Shown: in pieces, positions 9,758-23,433 of the stretch
Position numbering within the stretch: position 1 is the first letter of the stretch
Layout: each line of letters starts with the position of its first letter
Assembly: GCF_017348835.2 (NCBI RefSeq)
Contig: NZ_CP071375.1
Direction: 5' to 3' (one strand)
Origin: Escherichia coli
Lineage (GTDB): Bacteria; Pseudomonadota; Gammaproteobacteria; Enterobacterales; Enterobacteriaceae
Length of the DNA stretch: 64,000 bases
Program-made: the position numbers and the translations under genes
The notes under the pieces: generated by a model
Told to the model about the DNA's origin: nothing
Databases searched by the model: none
The model's input: the letters and a program-made list of their open reading frames with translations, nothing else

Positions 9758-11215
9758 CTTCACGGAATATTTCGCCGCGGTCGCTTTCGCGCCATGCGCT
9801 AATAAAGACAAGTACGCTTCCGTCACTTTTGCAGTAAACAAGCTATTGTCTGGCAAATCATCACCAAAGATTGCCTTAATCGCCAGCAATGACTGGACGC
9901 GCGCTTTACCTTCGGCACTACTTTGTACAGCCTTCTGAATAACAGGTAACAGTGGGTCACTGATTTCAATCGGATTTCCCTGTTCATCAACACCACCGAC
10001 ATAACGCATCCAACCCGCGACGCCCAGCGCCAGCAGATCGAACTTGCTGTCATGCGCCAGATGCCAGCGAACAGAATCCAACATCCGCTGTGGCAATTTC
10101 TGGCTGCCATCCATCGCAATCTGCCAGGTTCGATGGCGTAACGCCGGGTTGCTATAGCGTGCAATTAATCGGTTAGCGTAATCTTGCAAATCAACGCCCT
10201 TCACTTTCAGCGTCGGCGCTTGTTCCTGCAACATCAAGCCATACGCCGCATGACGATAATGTTCATCTTCCATACAGTCATTAATGTGCTGATATCCGCT
10301 AAGATAACCCAGATACGCCAGGAATGAATGACTGCCGTTGAGCATGCGCAACTTCATCTCTTCATAAGGCAGTACATCGCTAACCAGTTCTGCTCCCGCT
10401 TTTTCCCATTCCGGACGTCCGGCAACAAAATTATCTTCTATTACCCACTGGCGGAAAGGTTCACAGGCAACGCCAGCAGGATCGCGCACACCGGTAAGTT
10501 GTTCGATTTTCGCCAGCGTATCCTCTGTCACTGCGGGCACAATACGGTCCACCATTGTTGATGGGAAAGTCACGTTATCTTCGATCCATTGTGCCAGTTT
10601 TACATCAACGGCTTGTGCGTAAGAAGTGACAACGTCACGCGCAACATGACCGTTTTCTGGCATGTTGTCACATGACATGACGGTAAATGCGGGAAGTCCT
10701 GCCGCTTTACGGCGAGCCAGCGCCTCAACAATCACCCCTGTTGCTGTTTTCGGCTGGTGGGGATTTTGCACGTCGGCAGCGACCATCGGGTGATCGAGCA
10801 TTAACTGTCCGGTCGCCGGAGAGTGGAAATACCCTTTTTCGGTGATTGTCAGAGAGACAATCGCGATTTGTGGTTCACACATCGCAGCCAACACGGTTTC
10901 TAAGCCATCTATCTGTACGTGCAAGGCTTTTTTAACGACGCCAACGACGCGAGCCGTCCACGCATCGGCCGACATTTCCGCAACGGTATAAAGATTATCT
11001 TGCTGTTGTAAATCGGCAATTTGCTGTTCGCCACCGATTATGTTGACCTCATAATATCCCCAGTCACTGAAATGTTCTGTAGCAAGAATATCGGCATACA
11101 CGCCCTGATGCGCACGGTGAAATGCACCAAAGCCTAAATGAACAATTCTTGGGGCCAGGTTATTACGATCATAAACAGGGAGCGTCGCTTTTGCTGATAA
11201 CAAATTATTTCCCAT
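9755..11215 (-). CDS. ydfI: Mannitol/mannonate-dehydrogenase-family oxidoreductase
   Basis: 486 aa; long-chain mannitol dehydrogenase-like sequence. Confidence 0.8.
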   Translation of the reverse strand: MGNNLLSAKATLPVYDRNNLAPRIVHLGFGAFHRAHQGVYADILATEHFSDWGYYEVNIIGGEQQIADLQQQDNLYTVAEMSADAWTARVVGVVKKALHVQIDGLETVLAAMCEPQIAIVSLTITEKGYFHSPATGQLMLDHPMVAADVQNPHQPKTATGVIVEALARRKAAGLPAFTVMSCDNMPENGHVARDVVTSYAQAVDVKLAQWIEDNVTFPSTMVDRIVPAVTEDTLAKIEQLTGVRDPAGVACEPFRQWVIEDNFVAGRPEWEKAGAELVSDVLPYEEMKLRMLNGSHSFLAYLGYLSGYQHINDCMEDEHYRHAAYGLMLQEQAPTLKVKGVDLQDYANRLIARYSNPALRHRTWQIAMDGSQKLPQRMLDSVRWHLAHDSKFDLLALGVAGWMRYVGGVDEQGNPIEISDPLLPVIQKAVQSSAEGKARVQSLLAIKAIFGDDLPDNSLFTAKVTEAYLSLLAHGAKATAAKYSVK

Positions 11216-11304
11216 AACTATTCCTTAAATATAAATATGGCAAGCTACATGTTTTGTTATATGAATAAAAAATCCCCTCTCCGGTAAGAGAAGGGATTGA
11301 GGAT

Positions 11305-12588
11305 TTACAGACTTCTGGAAGGTTGCGCAGCTCTTACAACACGCGGTTGATCTTCCGCGGCGTCTTCCAGCGCACTTAAATCACGGTCTTTCACTTCTGG
11401 CATTTTCAGCGCAGAGATTAAACCAATCACTGAATATGCCATGATCATAATGGCGATCGGATACCAGGATTCCGTCATGGTGCAGAAAATACCCGCCAGG
11501 ATAGGACCAAAACCGGAAGCGATAAGACCACCAATTTCTTTAGAAATAGCCATCCGGGTAAAGCGGTTTTTACAGCCGAACATTTCTGCCATGGTAATGT
11601 TTTCCAGAGCAAATAATCCCAGCACCGCACAGTTATGAATCACAATCAGTGCAACCATAATGGTGCTCGGGGCATAGCTTTTATCTACGATGATAGAAAG
11701 CATTGGCCATGCCAGCACAATCGCAGAGGTATTCATAATAATATACGGGATCCGGCGACCAATTTTATCGGATAACCAACCAAGGAACGGAATGGTCATA
11801 AAGCCGAGAATCGAACTGATCATCAATGCATCTGTTGGAATTGCTTTGTTAAACAATAACGTCTGTACTAAATAGCCTGCAAGGAAAGTCTGAATTAAAC
11901 CGGAGTTACCCGCCTGACCAAAACGCAGCCCTGTTGCCAGCCAGAAGGATTTGCTCTGGAACATGCTACCAGCAGGTGCAGGTTTTGCTGTCGGTTGGTT
12001 GCTGTCGTTAACCTTCTCAAAGACCGGGCTTTCTTTCAGATTCATACGCAACCAGATAGCAAAGACCATCACGACAACGCTCGCCAGGAACGGTATACGC
12101 CATCCCCACGCCAGCAGTTCCTCTTTACTGAGAATGAAGAACATAAAGGCCCAGATTGCCGTTGCGCTTAAGGTTCCGCAGTTAGTTCCCATAGCCACAA
12201 ATGAGGAGATAATTCCGCGCTTACCTTTTGGCGCATATTCCGCCAGCATCGTACCGGCACCGGAAATTTCCGCACCCGCACCCAACCCCTGAATAATACG
12301 CAGCGTCACCAGCAAGATGGGGGCAAAAACACCAATCTGTGCATAGGTCGGTAACACTCCAATTAAGGTGGTACAGATCCCCATCATGGTGATGGTAATA
12401 AAGAGCACTTTTTTACGCCCTATTCTGTCGCCCATTTTGCCGAAAATAAATGCTCCGACAATACGCGCCACATAACCTGCACCGCAGGTTCCCATTGCCA
12501 AAATTAACGCCATTGCCGTTGATGATTCAGGAAAAAATATTTCATGAAACACTAACGCAGCGCCGAGCGAATATAACTGGAAATCCAT
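11305..12588 (-). pseudogene. ydfJ: MFS metabolite transporter YdfJ, 5'-truncated by prophage insertion
   Basis: 427 aa ORF starts exactly at the prophage junction; the missing N-terminal 28 codons are at 33292-33374 on the other side of the prophage. Confidence 0.75.
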
Positions 12589-12594
12589 AATTCA
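12580..12594. repeat. Prophage att core copy (gaaatccataattca)
   Basis: Near-identical to 33292-33306; lies at the ydfJ junction. Confidence 0.55.
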
Positions 12595-13374
12595 CAGGTG
12601 TTTTTTCCCATCCTGTGGTTTCCTTGGCGTTTTCTAGGTTTTTTCAGATAGTTGCATTTTTTAAAAAGCATCCTAAGTTCGATCTCAGTGTCTATCTGGG
12701 GCCTATTTCTGTCCCATATATGCCCCAAAAAAAACTCCCCAACAGATAAGTAGTTTTTTCATGGATTTATGCGTAAAATCAAGAACGGCTGGAAATCATT
12801 CAATACTCACACTATCGAAAAATTTACCAGCCAACCGCAGCACGTTCTTGCATAAGGCGTGTCTGCGGTTTTTCAACTATTCAGATACATCACTCCCATC
12901 ACATTCATTCCTCCGCATCAAAGGCATATAGGCTATATCACCTTGATATTTTTATTTTTCAGATAAAAACTGTTATCTATGTATACTTTTAAACCCAATC
13001 CGTGTAGAGTCTCTGCATAAGATAGTTTGCAGTTGCCGCTTCAGCTTGCGCCATAAATCGCCTGATTTTTGCTGCCACCTGTTAGCATTCCTGTATACCT
13101 GAAACGACAATGTTTATCTACGAACTTTAAGAACACCCAAGATAAAAATTGTCAACTATATCATATATAACACATTACTAATTCGAGGCTATATGAACAG
13201 CATACTGATAATCACATCTCTCCTTATCATATTCAGCATTTTTAGTCATGCCCTAATAAAATTAGGGATTGGCATATCCAATAACCCAGACAAAACCGAT
13301 GTATAAGTCAACATATCCTGAATCAGACATACAATATCGCAATGAAAATCAATAATATTTTAAGGAATATCTTC

Positions 13375-13608
13375 ATGAAATCAAAAGACACCCTAAAGTG
13401 GTTCCCTGCGCAGCTTCCTGAAGTAAGAATTATCCTAGGGGATGCTGTAGTGGAAGTAGCAAAACAGGGAAGACCTATCAATACCAGAACATTGCTTGAT
13501 TACATTGAAGGAAACATAAAGAAAAAATCATGGCTGGATAACAAAGAATTATTACAAACAGCGATATCAGTTCTTAAAGACAACCAAAATTTAAATGGTA
13601 AAATGTAA
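13375..13608 (+). CDS. ydfK: Small prophage protein YdfK (77 aa)
   Basis: MKSKDTLKWFPAQLPEVRIILGD...; AT-rich upstream leader. Confidence 0.7.
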   Translation: MKSKDTLKWFPAQLPEVRIILGDAVVEVAKQGRPINTRTLLDYIEGNIKKKSWLDNKELLQTAISVLKDNQNLNGKM

Positions 13609-13924
13609 TATAATAAACTTACTTTTTTATCATTTTTCCACTTTAACAACATTTTGCTCCACTTTTCCACGACCAAACAACTTGAAATCTGGTTAAAATA
13701 ACACGCAACACTATTCTTCTTCCTTGAGTCCGCCCGGAACTCGAAAAACAAACCGAGTTAAAGCCATTTTTCACAAAATCGATTTTGGGTCTCACCAAAA
13801 TTACGGGGTTGCATACGCATTCGTTTATTTTCGAACGTGTACATACAAATATGCACAAAAATAATCAAAATTATTTTCTGAGATGCATTATGATATGAAC
13901 ACCAATTTCGTATAGAGTCTCACT

Positions 13925-14515
13925 ATGTCTCGAATTTTTGCTTACTGTCGGATATCAACGCTGGATCAGACCACCGAAAATCAACGCCGGGAAATCGAAA
14001 GTGCAGGTTTTAAAATCAAACCTCAGCAAATAATCGAAGAACACATTAGCGGCTCAGCAGCAACCAGTGAGCGTCCTGGTTTTAACCGGTTGCTTGCTCG
14101 CCTGAAATGTGGTGATCAATTGATTGTGACAAAACTGGATCGCCTTGGTTGTAATGCAATGGATATCAGGAAAACAGTGGAACAACTGACCGAAACAGGT
14201 ATCAGAGTGCATTGCTTAGCATTGGGGGGCATTGACCTGACCAGTCCAACAGGAAAAATGACGATGCAAGTAATTTCAGCAGTCGCTGAATTTGAACGAG
14301 ACCTTTTACTTGAACGCACTCATTCCGGGATAGTAAGAGCCCGGGGCGCAGGGAAACGTTTTGGTCGACCACCTGTGTTAAATGAAGAACAGAAACAGGT
14401 GGTATTCGAACGAATTAAGTCAGGTGTAAGTATAAGTGCCATTGCCCGGGAATTCAAAACCTCGCGGCAAACCATTTTAAGAGCCAAAGCAAAACTTCAG
14501 ACACCTGACATATAA
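13925..14515 (+). CDS. pinQ: Serine recombinase / DNA invertase Pin
   Basis: 196 aa; resolvase catalytic N-domain and C-terminal HTH. Confidence 0.85.
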   Translation: MSRIFAYCRISTLDQTTENQRREIESAGFKIKPQQIIEEHISGSAATSERPGFNRLLARLKCGDQLIVTKLDRLGCNAMDIRKTVEQLTETGIRVHCLALGGIDLTSPTGKMTMQVISAVAEFERDLLLERTHSGIVRARGAGKRFGRPPVLNEEQKQVVFERIKSGVSISAIAREFKTSRQTILRAKAKLQTPDI

Positions 14516-14612
14516 AAAATAATCTCGGTGTGAGATGCTTTACGTCTTCCAAGCCACCTTCCTTGCCGTAAATGGAAAGATACATCTAATTATAGAATTT
14601 ATATGTTTTACC

Positions 14613-15188
14613 CTACGGCAGTGCTGGCCATTCAATATCCTGTGCAGTTGACGTATCAACACGGTTCAGCAATACCCGATACTTTTTCCATGCTTCCAGC
14701 AACGAGATTTCTTCCTCCGTTGCAATTTCCAGATCTGCAGCATCCTGAAGCGGCGCAATATGCTCACTGGCTACCTGCATCAGGCTGTTTTTTGTTTCTT
14801 CCGCCTCCCGGATCCGGAACAGTTTTTCTGCTTCCGTATCCTTCACCCAGGCTGTGCCGTTCCACTTCTGATATTCCCCTCCCGGCGATAACCAGGTAAC
14901 ATTTTCCGGTAACGGACCGAGTTCAGAAATAAATAACGCGTCGCCGGAAGCCACGTCATAAACCGTTTTACCCCGATGATCTTCAACGAGATGCCACGAT
15001 GCCTCATCACTGTTGAAAACAGCCACGAAGCCTGCCGGAATATCTGGCGGTGCAATATCGATACTGTTTGCTGGCAGACCTGTATGAGGCGGAATATATG
15101 CGTCACCTTCACCAATAAATTCATTAGTTCCGGCCAGCAGATTATAAATTTTTATGGTCCGTGGTTGTTCACTCATTCTGAATGCCAT
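14613..15188 (-). CDS. tfaQ: Tail fibre assembly protein
   Basis: 191 aa; adjacent to tail-fibre C-terminal module. Confidence 0.75.
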   Translation of the reverse strand: MAFRMSEQPRTIKIYNLLAGTNEFIGEGDAYIPPHTGLPANSIDIAPPDIPAGFVAVFNSDEASWHLVEDHRGKTVYDVASGDALFISELGPLPENVTWLSPGGEYQKWNGTAWVKDTEAEKLFRIREAEETKNSLMQVASEHIAPLQDAADLEIATEEEISLLEAWKKYRVLLNRVDTSTAQDIEWPALP

Positions 15189-16741
15189 TATGCAAGCCTC
15201 ACAATATAGTTAAATGCGATGTTTTTGACGGTGTTTTCCGCGTTACCAGCAGCGTTAACGGTGATGGTATGTCCATGTGAACCAATCGCAACGGAGTGCG
15301 TATGAGCACCAATACCGACAGTATGTGCGTGTGCACCTGCGCTTGCAGCAGTACCCGATACAGAGTGCGTATGAGCGCCTGCAGAAGAAGTGTTAACACT
15401 GTATTTAGAGTAATCAGGTGATCCACTTCCCGGAGCACCACTGGAACCACCTGAAACAAATGTCATCGAATGGGTATGTGCACCGGCTGAAGCAGCCGTA
15501 CCGCTAACACTATGGGTATGCGCACCAGTGTTATTCGTGGATTTAGTGCCGTAATCAAACGACGATGTGGTTTTCGTCCCCAAATCCGTACTGGATACGC
15601 TGGCGCTGTGGGTGTGTGATTTAATGCCGTCCTGTTCCTGAGACAATACGGCTCGATCACTGGCGGGCTTGCCCTTAATCGTCCAGCCACGCATATCCCC
15701 TTTCGTTTTCATCCAGTCTTTGACAATCTGCACCCAGGTGGTGAACGGGCTGTACGCTGTCCAGATGTGAAAGGTCACACTGTCAGGTGGCTCAATCTCT
15801 TCACCGGATGACGAAAACCAGAGAATGCCATCACGGGTCCAGATCCCGGTCTTTTCGCAGATATAACGGGCATCAGTAAAGTCCAGCTCCTGCTGGCGGA
15901 TGACGCAGGCATTATGCTCGCAGAGATAAAACACGCTGGAGGGGTCATCCGGCGTCCATTTGAGGCCAAACGGCGTCTCTTTGTCGCCAAATTTAAGATA
16001 CTGCTCCTCCCCGCAGTGCGGGCAGGCAACATGAAAACGCATAAAATGCGGGGATTCACTGGCTGCACGCTCAATCTGGCAGGTGCCTCTCACTTTGGGC
16101 GTGGAGCCACGGATGGACTTTGGCCAGACCGAGCCTTCAATACGTTTGTCGCCAAGGAACGTCGGAGAGCCTTCCTGTTCAATATCCTCATCAAAGGCAG
16201 CAAGTTCATCATAACCCGCCACATCCACCGACTTTTCACGGTAGTTTTTTGCCGCTTTACCGCCCAGGCACCAGAAGCCACGACCATTGGAAAAACGCTT
16301 CATAGTGAGCGTGTTATCCCGGTGCTTTTTGCCATACCACGGAGCCAGCGCCAGCAGCGACGGAATATCGCGGATGGTCGGCTCAACGTGGGTTTTCATA
16401 AAGTTCTCGGCATCACCATCCGTCGGCAACCAGATAAGTGTGTTGCGCTGCTTATGCTCTATAAAGTAGACATAAACACCCAGCAGCATTTTGGAATAAC
16501 CGACACGGGCAGACTTCACCACATTCACCTCACGGATGTAGTCGCTGCCCATCGCATTCATGATGGCCCGCTGAAAGGGCAGTGTTTCCCAGCGCCCTTC
16601 CTGGTATGCGGATTCTTTCGGGAGATAGTAATTAGCATCCGCCCATTCAACGGCGGTCTGTGGCTCCGGCCTGAACAGTGAGCGAAGCCCGGCGCGGACA
16701 AAATGCCGCAGCCTGTTAACCTGACTGTTCGATATATTCAC
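15188..16741 (-). pseudogene. stfQ: Chimeric ORF: lambda gpA-like large terminase N-terminal region fused in frame to side-tail-fibre C-terminus
   Basis: N-terminal ~345 aa match lambda gpA from memory; C-terminus has GAHTHS repeats typical of lambda Stf; morphogenesis genes in between are absent. Confidence 0.75.
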
Positions 16742-17261
16742 TCAGCAACCCCGGTATCAGTTCATCCAGCGCGGCTGCTTTGTTCATGGCTTTGATGATA
16801 TCCCGTTTCAGGAAATCAACATGTCGGTTTTCCAGTTCCGGAAAACGCCGCTGCACCGACAGGGGGATCCCGTCGAGAATACTGGCAATTTCACCTGCGA
16901 TCCGCGACAGCACGAAAGTACAGAATGCGGTTTCCACCACTTCAGCGGAGTCTCTGGCATTTTTCAGTTCCTGTGCGTCGGCCTGCGCACGCGTAAGTCG
17001 ATGGCGTTCGTACTCAATAGTCCCTGGCTGGAGATCTGTCTCGCTGGCCTGCCGCAGTTCTTCAACTTCCCGGCGCAGCTTTTCGTTCTCAATTTCAGCA
17101 TCCCTTTCGGCATACCATCTTATAACGGCGGCAGAGTCATAAAGCACCTCATTACCCTTGCCACCGCCTCGCAGAACGGGCATTCCCTGTTCCTGCCAGT
17201 TCTGAATGGTACGGATACTCGCACCGAAAATGTCAGCCAGCTGCTTTTTGTTGACTTCCAT
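16716..17261 (-). CDS. nohA: Small terminase subunit, Nu1 homologue
   Basis: 181 aa, [29 protein letters not shown]...; lambda-type cos immediately upstream. Confidence 0.85.
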   Translation of the reverse strand: MEVNKKQLADIFGASIRTIQNWQEQGMPVLRGGGKGNEVLYDSAAVIRWYAERDAEIENEKLRREVEELRQASETDLQPGTIEYERHRLTRAQADAQELKNARDSAEVVETAFCTFVLSRIAGEIASILDGIPLSVQRRFPELENRHVDFLKRDIIKAMNKAAALDELIPGLLSEYIEQSG

Positions 17262-17438
17262 TGTTCATTCCACGGACAAAAACAGAGAAAGGAAACGACA
17301 GAGGCCAAAAAGCCCGTTTTCAGCACCTGTCGTTTCCTTTCTTTTCAGAGGGTATTTTAAATAAAAACATTAAGTTATGACGAAGAAGAACGGAAACGCC
17401 TTAAACCGGAAAATTTTCATAAATAGCGAAAACCCGCG

Positions 17439-17450
17439 AGGTCGCCGCCC
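17439..17450 (-). other. Lambda-type cosN cohesive-end sequence (GGGCGGCGACCT on minus strand) with lambda right-end-like flank
   Basis: Exact 12-mer; flanks resemble lambda left and right ends as recalled. Confidence 0.75.
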
Positions 17451-17649
17451 CGTAACCTGTCGGATCACCGGAAAGGACCCGTAAAGTGATAATGATTATC
17501 ATCTACATATCACAACGTGCGTGGAGGCCATCAAACCACGTCAAATAATCAATTATGACGCAGGTATCGTATTAATTGATCTGCATCAACTTAACGTAAA
17601 AACAACTTCAGACAATACAAATCAGCGACACTGAATACAGGGCAACCTC

Positions 17650-17844
17650 ATGTCAACGAAGAACAGAACCCGCAGAACAACAACCCGCAACATCCGCTTT
17701 CCTAACCAAATGATTGAACAAATTAACATCGCTCTTGATCAAAAAGGGTCCGGGAATTTCTCAGCCTGGGTCATTGAAGCCTGCCGCCGGAGACTAACGT
17801 CAGAAAAGAGAGCATATACATCAATCCAGAGTGATGATGGATGA
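17650..17844 (+). CDS. Small prophage protein (YnfO-like position)
   Basis: 64 aa ORF; function unknown. Confidence 0.4.
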   Translation: MSTKNRTRRTTTRNIRFPNQMIEQINIALDQKGSGNFSAWVIEACRRRLTSEKRAYTSIQSDDG

Positions 17845-18094
17845 ACATCCCGGTTTCTTTACCTTCCCTCCCTCCCCGCACAGAACTGGCGAGCGTGAGG
17901 GACCAATATGTGAGCCATAAATGCCTTATCTTCAGAAATGCAGTTGGTATCCGAACAGGACGATATTGTAAATTCACCTAAATACGAGGCATTGCTGTAG
18001 TTGAATTGCAGTACTGTATTAGCCTGACAGTGACAGAATACGATATTGACTCTGTCACTTGTGAAATGGTCAGAATGGTTAGCAGTTATGGTGA

Positions 18095-18301
18095 TCAGTC
18101 AACCAACAGGGAATAATCCTTCGTATTCTTATCGTGCTTTACTAACGCGGCCTCAATTGCCCTGAATGCTTCCAGAGATACTTGATGTTCTATACATGCA
18201 ATTACAACATCCGGGTAACCCATCGAAATGGTGCTATTAAGCATAGTTTTTACACGAACCTGCTCCTGGGAGGGGGCATCAATGTATTGATCTTTATGCA
18301 T
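18095..18301 (-). CDS. Hypothetical prophage protein
   Basis: 68 aa ORF only. Confidence 0.3.
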   Translation of the reverse strand: MHKDQYIDAPSQEQVRVKTMLNSTISMGYPDVVIACIEHQVSLEAFRAIEAALVKHDKNTKDYSLLVD

Positions 18302-18596
18302 TTTGTCGCTCCATTCGTTTGCTCTTCACTTGCGGCTAAAAATATAACGTCAAATCACTCAGCATGAAAGAGTGAAAGTTTCAGCGCGTTTCCCTTACAT
18401 AATCTGTCGTTTGTATTCTCTTCAGGCATACCGGAAAGACTAGGTATTGTCACACAACCAATACCATCGACAATCGAGATTTATATCTATTCGGTAATGT
18501 TTAAATATAACAAAACCCCGTAAAAACGAGGTTTATGGGTAATTTGTATTGTTGAATAGCATCTGATGAGAAATTGATGCTAATACTATAAACATG

Positions 18597-18770
18597 CTAG
18601 ATTAAATCAATCTTGATATCATAGCTTTCAAGACCAGTCATTTTTTCCCGTGCAGTAAACTGGATACTGGTAACTTCTTTCCCGGTCTTTTTCTTAAGCT
18701 CAATGATTTTTTTTGTTATATATTCAGAAATATCTGCTTCTGTTTTTGTTTTTAACTCTTCAATGTTCAT
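18597..18770 (-). CDS. gnsB: GnsA/GnsB-family small protein (57 aa)
   Basis: MNIEELKTKTEADISEYITKKIIELKKKTGKEV...; start at the internal Met of the 88 aa ORF. Confidence 0.7.
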   Translation of the reverse strand: MNIEELKTKTEADISEYITKKIIELKKKTGKEVTSIQFTAREKMTGLESYDIKIDLI

Positions 18771-18942
18771 CATTTCCTCTTTTAGTCTGTTATGACTGTC
18801 CTGGTACACAGTAGTGTCAATTATATGGAGCAAACGTATAAAAGATAAGATGAAACATCGCAATAATCAACATACGACGGTCTAAATTTCACACAAACAG
18901 ATAAAAATGATTATCATTTATTATCAATGCATTAGAATCAAA

Positions 18943-19212
18943 TCAATTCAAGAGTCTCATTGCTGCTTCCAGAATTTCTTCTGAAGTTACATGTCGATCC
19001 GCTGCTACATAAATGACTTTATGATCTCCGGTCAGAGATGGAAACCCTGCAGCCATTACAGTGAGGTGTGTTGTTTCGCCATTTGGATATTCACGCATGA
19101 TGGTGTTAACTCCGGTCATCACTGGCACTACCATTGCTGGTTCAGAGTTAAAAAAAACTATTATTTTTTTCATAATGTTACCGTAATATGTGAGTATCCA
19201 TCGACTAGACAC
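18943..19212 (-). CDS. Small prophage protein (YnfN-like position)
   Basis: ORF only; true start may be an internal Met. Confidence 0.4.
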   Translation of the reverse strand: MSSRWILTYYGNIMKKIIVFFNSEPAMVVPVMTGVNTIMREYPNGETTHLTVMAAGFPSLTGDHKVIYVAADRHVTSEEILEAAMRLLN

Positions 19213-19444
19213 TAAGCAAAAAAGCTCCCGAAGGAGCCTTCATTTTCACTTTCTTAAATCTAACGACAGATGGCTAACATTTAAGTATTGTGAAATATTA
19301 TCAAATGTAATCATCATTGATTTACAAAAGATACATTTTGCCCCGAAAGGATTTCTGTCAGAAACATCAAAAGATGATGTTCTATACTGAGAACCATGGC
19401 AACACGGGCATCTAAAGTGAATATGGTTTGTAATATTTTCTACC

Positions 19445-19657
19445 TCAAAGTGCCACTACATGAACAGCTGCAGGGCCTTTAGGTCCGTTCTCAATACCAA
19501 ATTCGACTTCCTGATTCTCAGTTAACGTTTTGAAATCGTTGCTCTGAATAGCTGAGAAATGCACAAACACATCTTTGCTACCATCTTTCGGCGTGATGAA
19601 ACCAAAACCTTTTTCAGGGTTAAACCATTTCACTAAACCAGTCATTTTGTTAGACAT
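19445..19657 (-). CDS. cspI: Cold-shock protein CspI
   Basis: 70 aa CSD protein ([21 protein letters not shown]...); long AT-rich leader. Confidence 0.85.
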   Translation of the reverse strand: MSNKMTGLVKWFNPEKGFGFITPKDGSKDVFVHFSAIQSNDFKTLTENQEVEFGIENGPKGPAAVHVVAL

Positions 19658-20020
19658 CATTATTACCTTTTGAAGAAGTTAGCCCTTGGGCAGAATGGTC
19701 CGAAAAAAAATATCAGAGAGAAAAACCAACAAGGAAATCTCAAGAGGTACAAATAATAAAATTATAACAATGACTGCTTCAGATAATTTTGTAACAAACC
19801 AGAACACCATTAACGCATGATTAACCAACCATAGCAAGGATTACTTTTGTAAAGAAAAACACACGAATGAAACAATAGCTTTATTTATTAATAAAACGTG
19901 TCATTCTGTCTAATGACCTTTTATCTTACCCTTAAGATTTCAAGGATTTTGACTCATGGAAGAGTCCTTTTTATTTAAATTTCACATTCAGCGCTAAAAA
20001 TAATCCGATTTAATATTAAT

Positions 20021-21050
<1,030 letters not shown>

Positions 21051-21371
21051 GGATATTTATCAGGATTTATCGGCTTCAAATCCCCGGATATGTTAAATCT
21101 TACCTCACCAGTGATGGGCACTGGCGGGAGGAGGATGTCAATCTGATAAACACAGAGGTGACTATGGATTACACAAATCTACCAAAACAAACTTTTGCTG
21201 ATTTAATCGCACTCAGGCAAGCAGTCGTAGCTCTAATCAACTTGTTGCCGGAGAAGGAAAAGGAATTAGTTAAAGCGCTTCTTAACAGAACTGCCGCCGA
21301 TTTTTCATCATATCCACTGACAGATGACCTTGCGGACCTTCCTGAATTAATTGCAGCGTCCGCCATTAAGC

Positions 21372-21923
21372 TTACTGAAGAGATTTACCCTCCTCAAAAA
21401 TCTTCACAAAATTCCTGCGAGTAACTTCAATGCAATAATCGTAAAACGCCGCAAACTGCTCATCGCGGCGTTTTTTTTCATCTTCAGAAGGAATCAGCAC
21501 CGACAATTTTTTATTCAGATCAGCGACGCTGCCCTCCAGTTTTTCAATGGGCGATTCAATATCATCTTTTTCTGACCGCAATGCCGTCGGTGGCGTCTTC
21601 AGAGAACCAGTAATTCTTCCCGGTAGCTTTCCTTTGTAGGTTATCCACACATTCTGCGCCTCTAAAATTATGGGGCGCTTTTCCGGCGACTGCTCATCCC
21701 CTTCACATAACCCGGCAGCAACATCCAGGAAGACCTGTCTGATGCTCATTCTGGCTGCTGCCTCATAAAACTCCAGCGCGGCACCTTCAACACGGTCCAG
21801 CGAGATGTCCAGGTCAAAAATTTCACCGTCAAAGCGTTCTTTGTCCTGTAATGCTAAAGTTACCGTAACTTTATTCTCAAAATTGCGGATCCCTTTCACA
21901 ATCAGTTCATAGTTTTGAGTCAT
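21372..21923 (-). CDS. Prophage protein between holin and lysozyme (YdfR position; possibly DUF1327-like)
   Basis: 183 aa ORF; family assignment from memory only. Confidence 0.45.
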   Translation of the reverse strand: MTQNYELIVKGIRNFENKVTVTLALQDKERFDGEIFDLDISLDRVEGAALEFYEAAARMSIRQVFLDVAAGLCEGDEQSPEKRPIILEAQNVWITYKGKLPGRITGSLKTPPTALRSEKDDIESPIEKLEGSVADLNKKLSVLIPSEDEKKRRDEQFAAFYDYCIEVTRRNFVKIFEEGKSLQ

Positions 21924-21927
21924 TGAA

Positions 21928-22143
21928 TTACTCTCCTCTCGCAGCCTTACGCCTGTCTTCTTTAATCTTGAAATAAAGATTTGTCAGATACGTCAGCAGG
22001 CCAAAAACCAGGCTACCCAGCACACCGATTGCAGCCCACTGTGACGGAGTTACTTTATCGAGTAACTGCAATGCCCAGAAACCAGCATTACCCGCCGATG
22101 TGCCATAGGCAACACCTGTTGTTAACTTATCCATTGATTTCAT
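21928..22143 (-). CDS. essQ: Holin
   Basis: 71 aa from MKSMDKL with TM segments; upstream of the lysozyme gene. Confidence 0.7.
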   Translation of the reverse strand: MKSMDKLTTGVAYGTSAGNAGFWALQLLDKVTPSQWAAIGVLGSLVFGLLTYLTNLYFKIKEDRRKAARGE

Positions 22144-22363
22144 ATCCTCACCCCGATGTACACGGATGGTGCAATATGTTTGAAAAGATCGGAGTCTACG
22201 GGGTAGTTTTGACAGCACACGTTGTTCTCAACGGCGCTAAAGAAACATACACATTAAAAATGTGAGTAATTATTTTTTAAAGAAAGTCATATATAAAATA
22301 ATAATACGAGAAATGTTTTCATATTTAGTGTACTGTATACGGCCATTTATACAGGAAAAGCCT

Positions 22364-22534
22364 ATGTCAGAACGTAAAGACTCAAAATCACGCCGTAATT
22401 ATCTCGTTAAATGTTCCTGCCCAAACTGCACCCAAGAGTCAGAACACAGTTTTTCAAGAGTACAAAAAGGTGCCCTTTTGATCTGCCCTCATTGCAACAA
22501 AGTATTCCAGACAAATCTTAAAGCTGTAGCCTGA
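22364..22534 (+). CDS. Small zinc-ribbon protein (CxxC...CxxC)
   Basis: CPNCTQ...CPHCNK motifs; start uncertain. Confidence 0.35.
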   Translation: MSERKDSKSRRNYLVKCSCPNCTQESEHSFSRVQKGALLICPHCNKVFQTNLKAVA

Positions 22535-22597
22535 TTGATTTTATTAGTAACAAGTATTTTTTATATTTTAATAATATATTTAAAGCAGATAATAAAA

Positions 22598-22615
22598 AAC
22601 CCGCCTGAGCGGGTT
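22598..22615. terminator. Bidirectional hairpin terminator (aacccgc ctga gcgggtt)
   Basis: Flanked by an A-run on plus and therefore a U-run on minus; downstream of cspB. Confidence 0.55.
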
Positions 22616-22897
22616 TGAGATTGTGGTGCTTTTTGTGGGAGTCATCCACTTACGCACTTTGTTTTGCCATGCCAGCAGTTAGCTTCTGCTGTAAAACTAT
22701 TCATGCAGCAAACCTGCACTTCACCACAATGGTTAGCATACTTTTCCTGATTAAGATTTTGCCAAATATGCTGGCCATTGTTTCATGTATTGGACCTCCT
22801 TAATTTTCATTAAAGAGATCCAATATTCACTACTCTGTCCGTATCTCTACTCAGGCATCAGCCTTCTTCGTTATCGTATACAGACGAGCGATGAATT

Positions 22898-23110
22898 TTA
22901 ATCAGTAATGATGACATTTGCTGCTGCAGGACCTTTAGCACCACTCTCTATAGAGAAGGTAACCTTTTGACCTTCAAATAAGGTTCGATAATTATCATTC
23001 TGAATCGCAGAAAAATGCACAAACACATCTTTACTACCATCAACAGGAGAAATAAAGCCGAAACCTTTATCAGCGTTAAACCATTTTACTAAACCAGTCA
23101 TTTTATTTGA
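22898..23110 (-). CDS. cspB: Cold-shock protein CspB
   Basis: [23 protein letters not shown]... CSD protein. Confidence 0.85.
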   Translation of the reverse strand, partial: SNKMTGLVKWFNADKGFGFISPVDGSKDVFVHFSAIQNDNYRTLFEGQKVTFSIESGAKGPAAANVIITD

Positions 23111-23433
23111 CATTCTACATTCCTTAACTTGAGCCTTTCGGCATAAATGGTTTGCATAACAGAAACGACTTCGTACTTAATTGGAGAGACTCAAAGAAGG
23201 AATAAGTGAATAACACCTGAAATGAGAACTGCTTTAGTAAACTACTTCGTATATCGTCTGTTCTTCAAACCGACGCAGTCATTAACTCATAGTTGAACAT
23301 ATGAAGCAATGTTTATTTTAGACATCCAGCCACCTTCAACCCTATCAAAAAAGTAGTTTTCTCCAGGAACGTGTGTATGGTGCACCAGGTTATCAGTATT
23401 AAGGAGTTTTTCTGTCCCCTAAAATGACAGGAA

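Noticed and set aside
12600-13340. Possible tRNA or sRNA integration target in the AT-rich stretch between ydfJ and ydfK
   Set aside because: No cloverleaf-compatible sequence; the att repeat lies within the ydfJ coding sequence, so the AT-rich DNA is prophage leader/promoter.
13925-16741. Pin-controlled invertible tail-fibre segment (G/P-segment-like switch)
   Set aside because: Only one stf/tfa set in one orientation is present, and no pair of inverted crossover sites flanking it was found; the invertase looks like an orphan.
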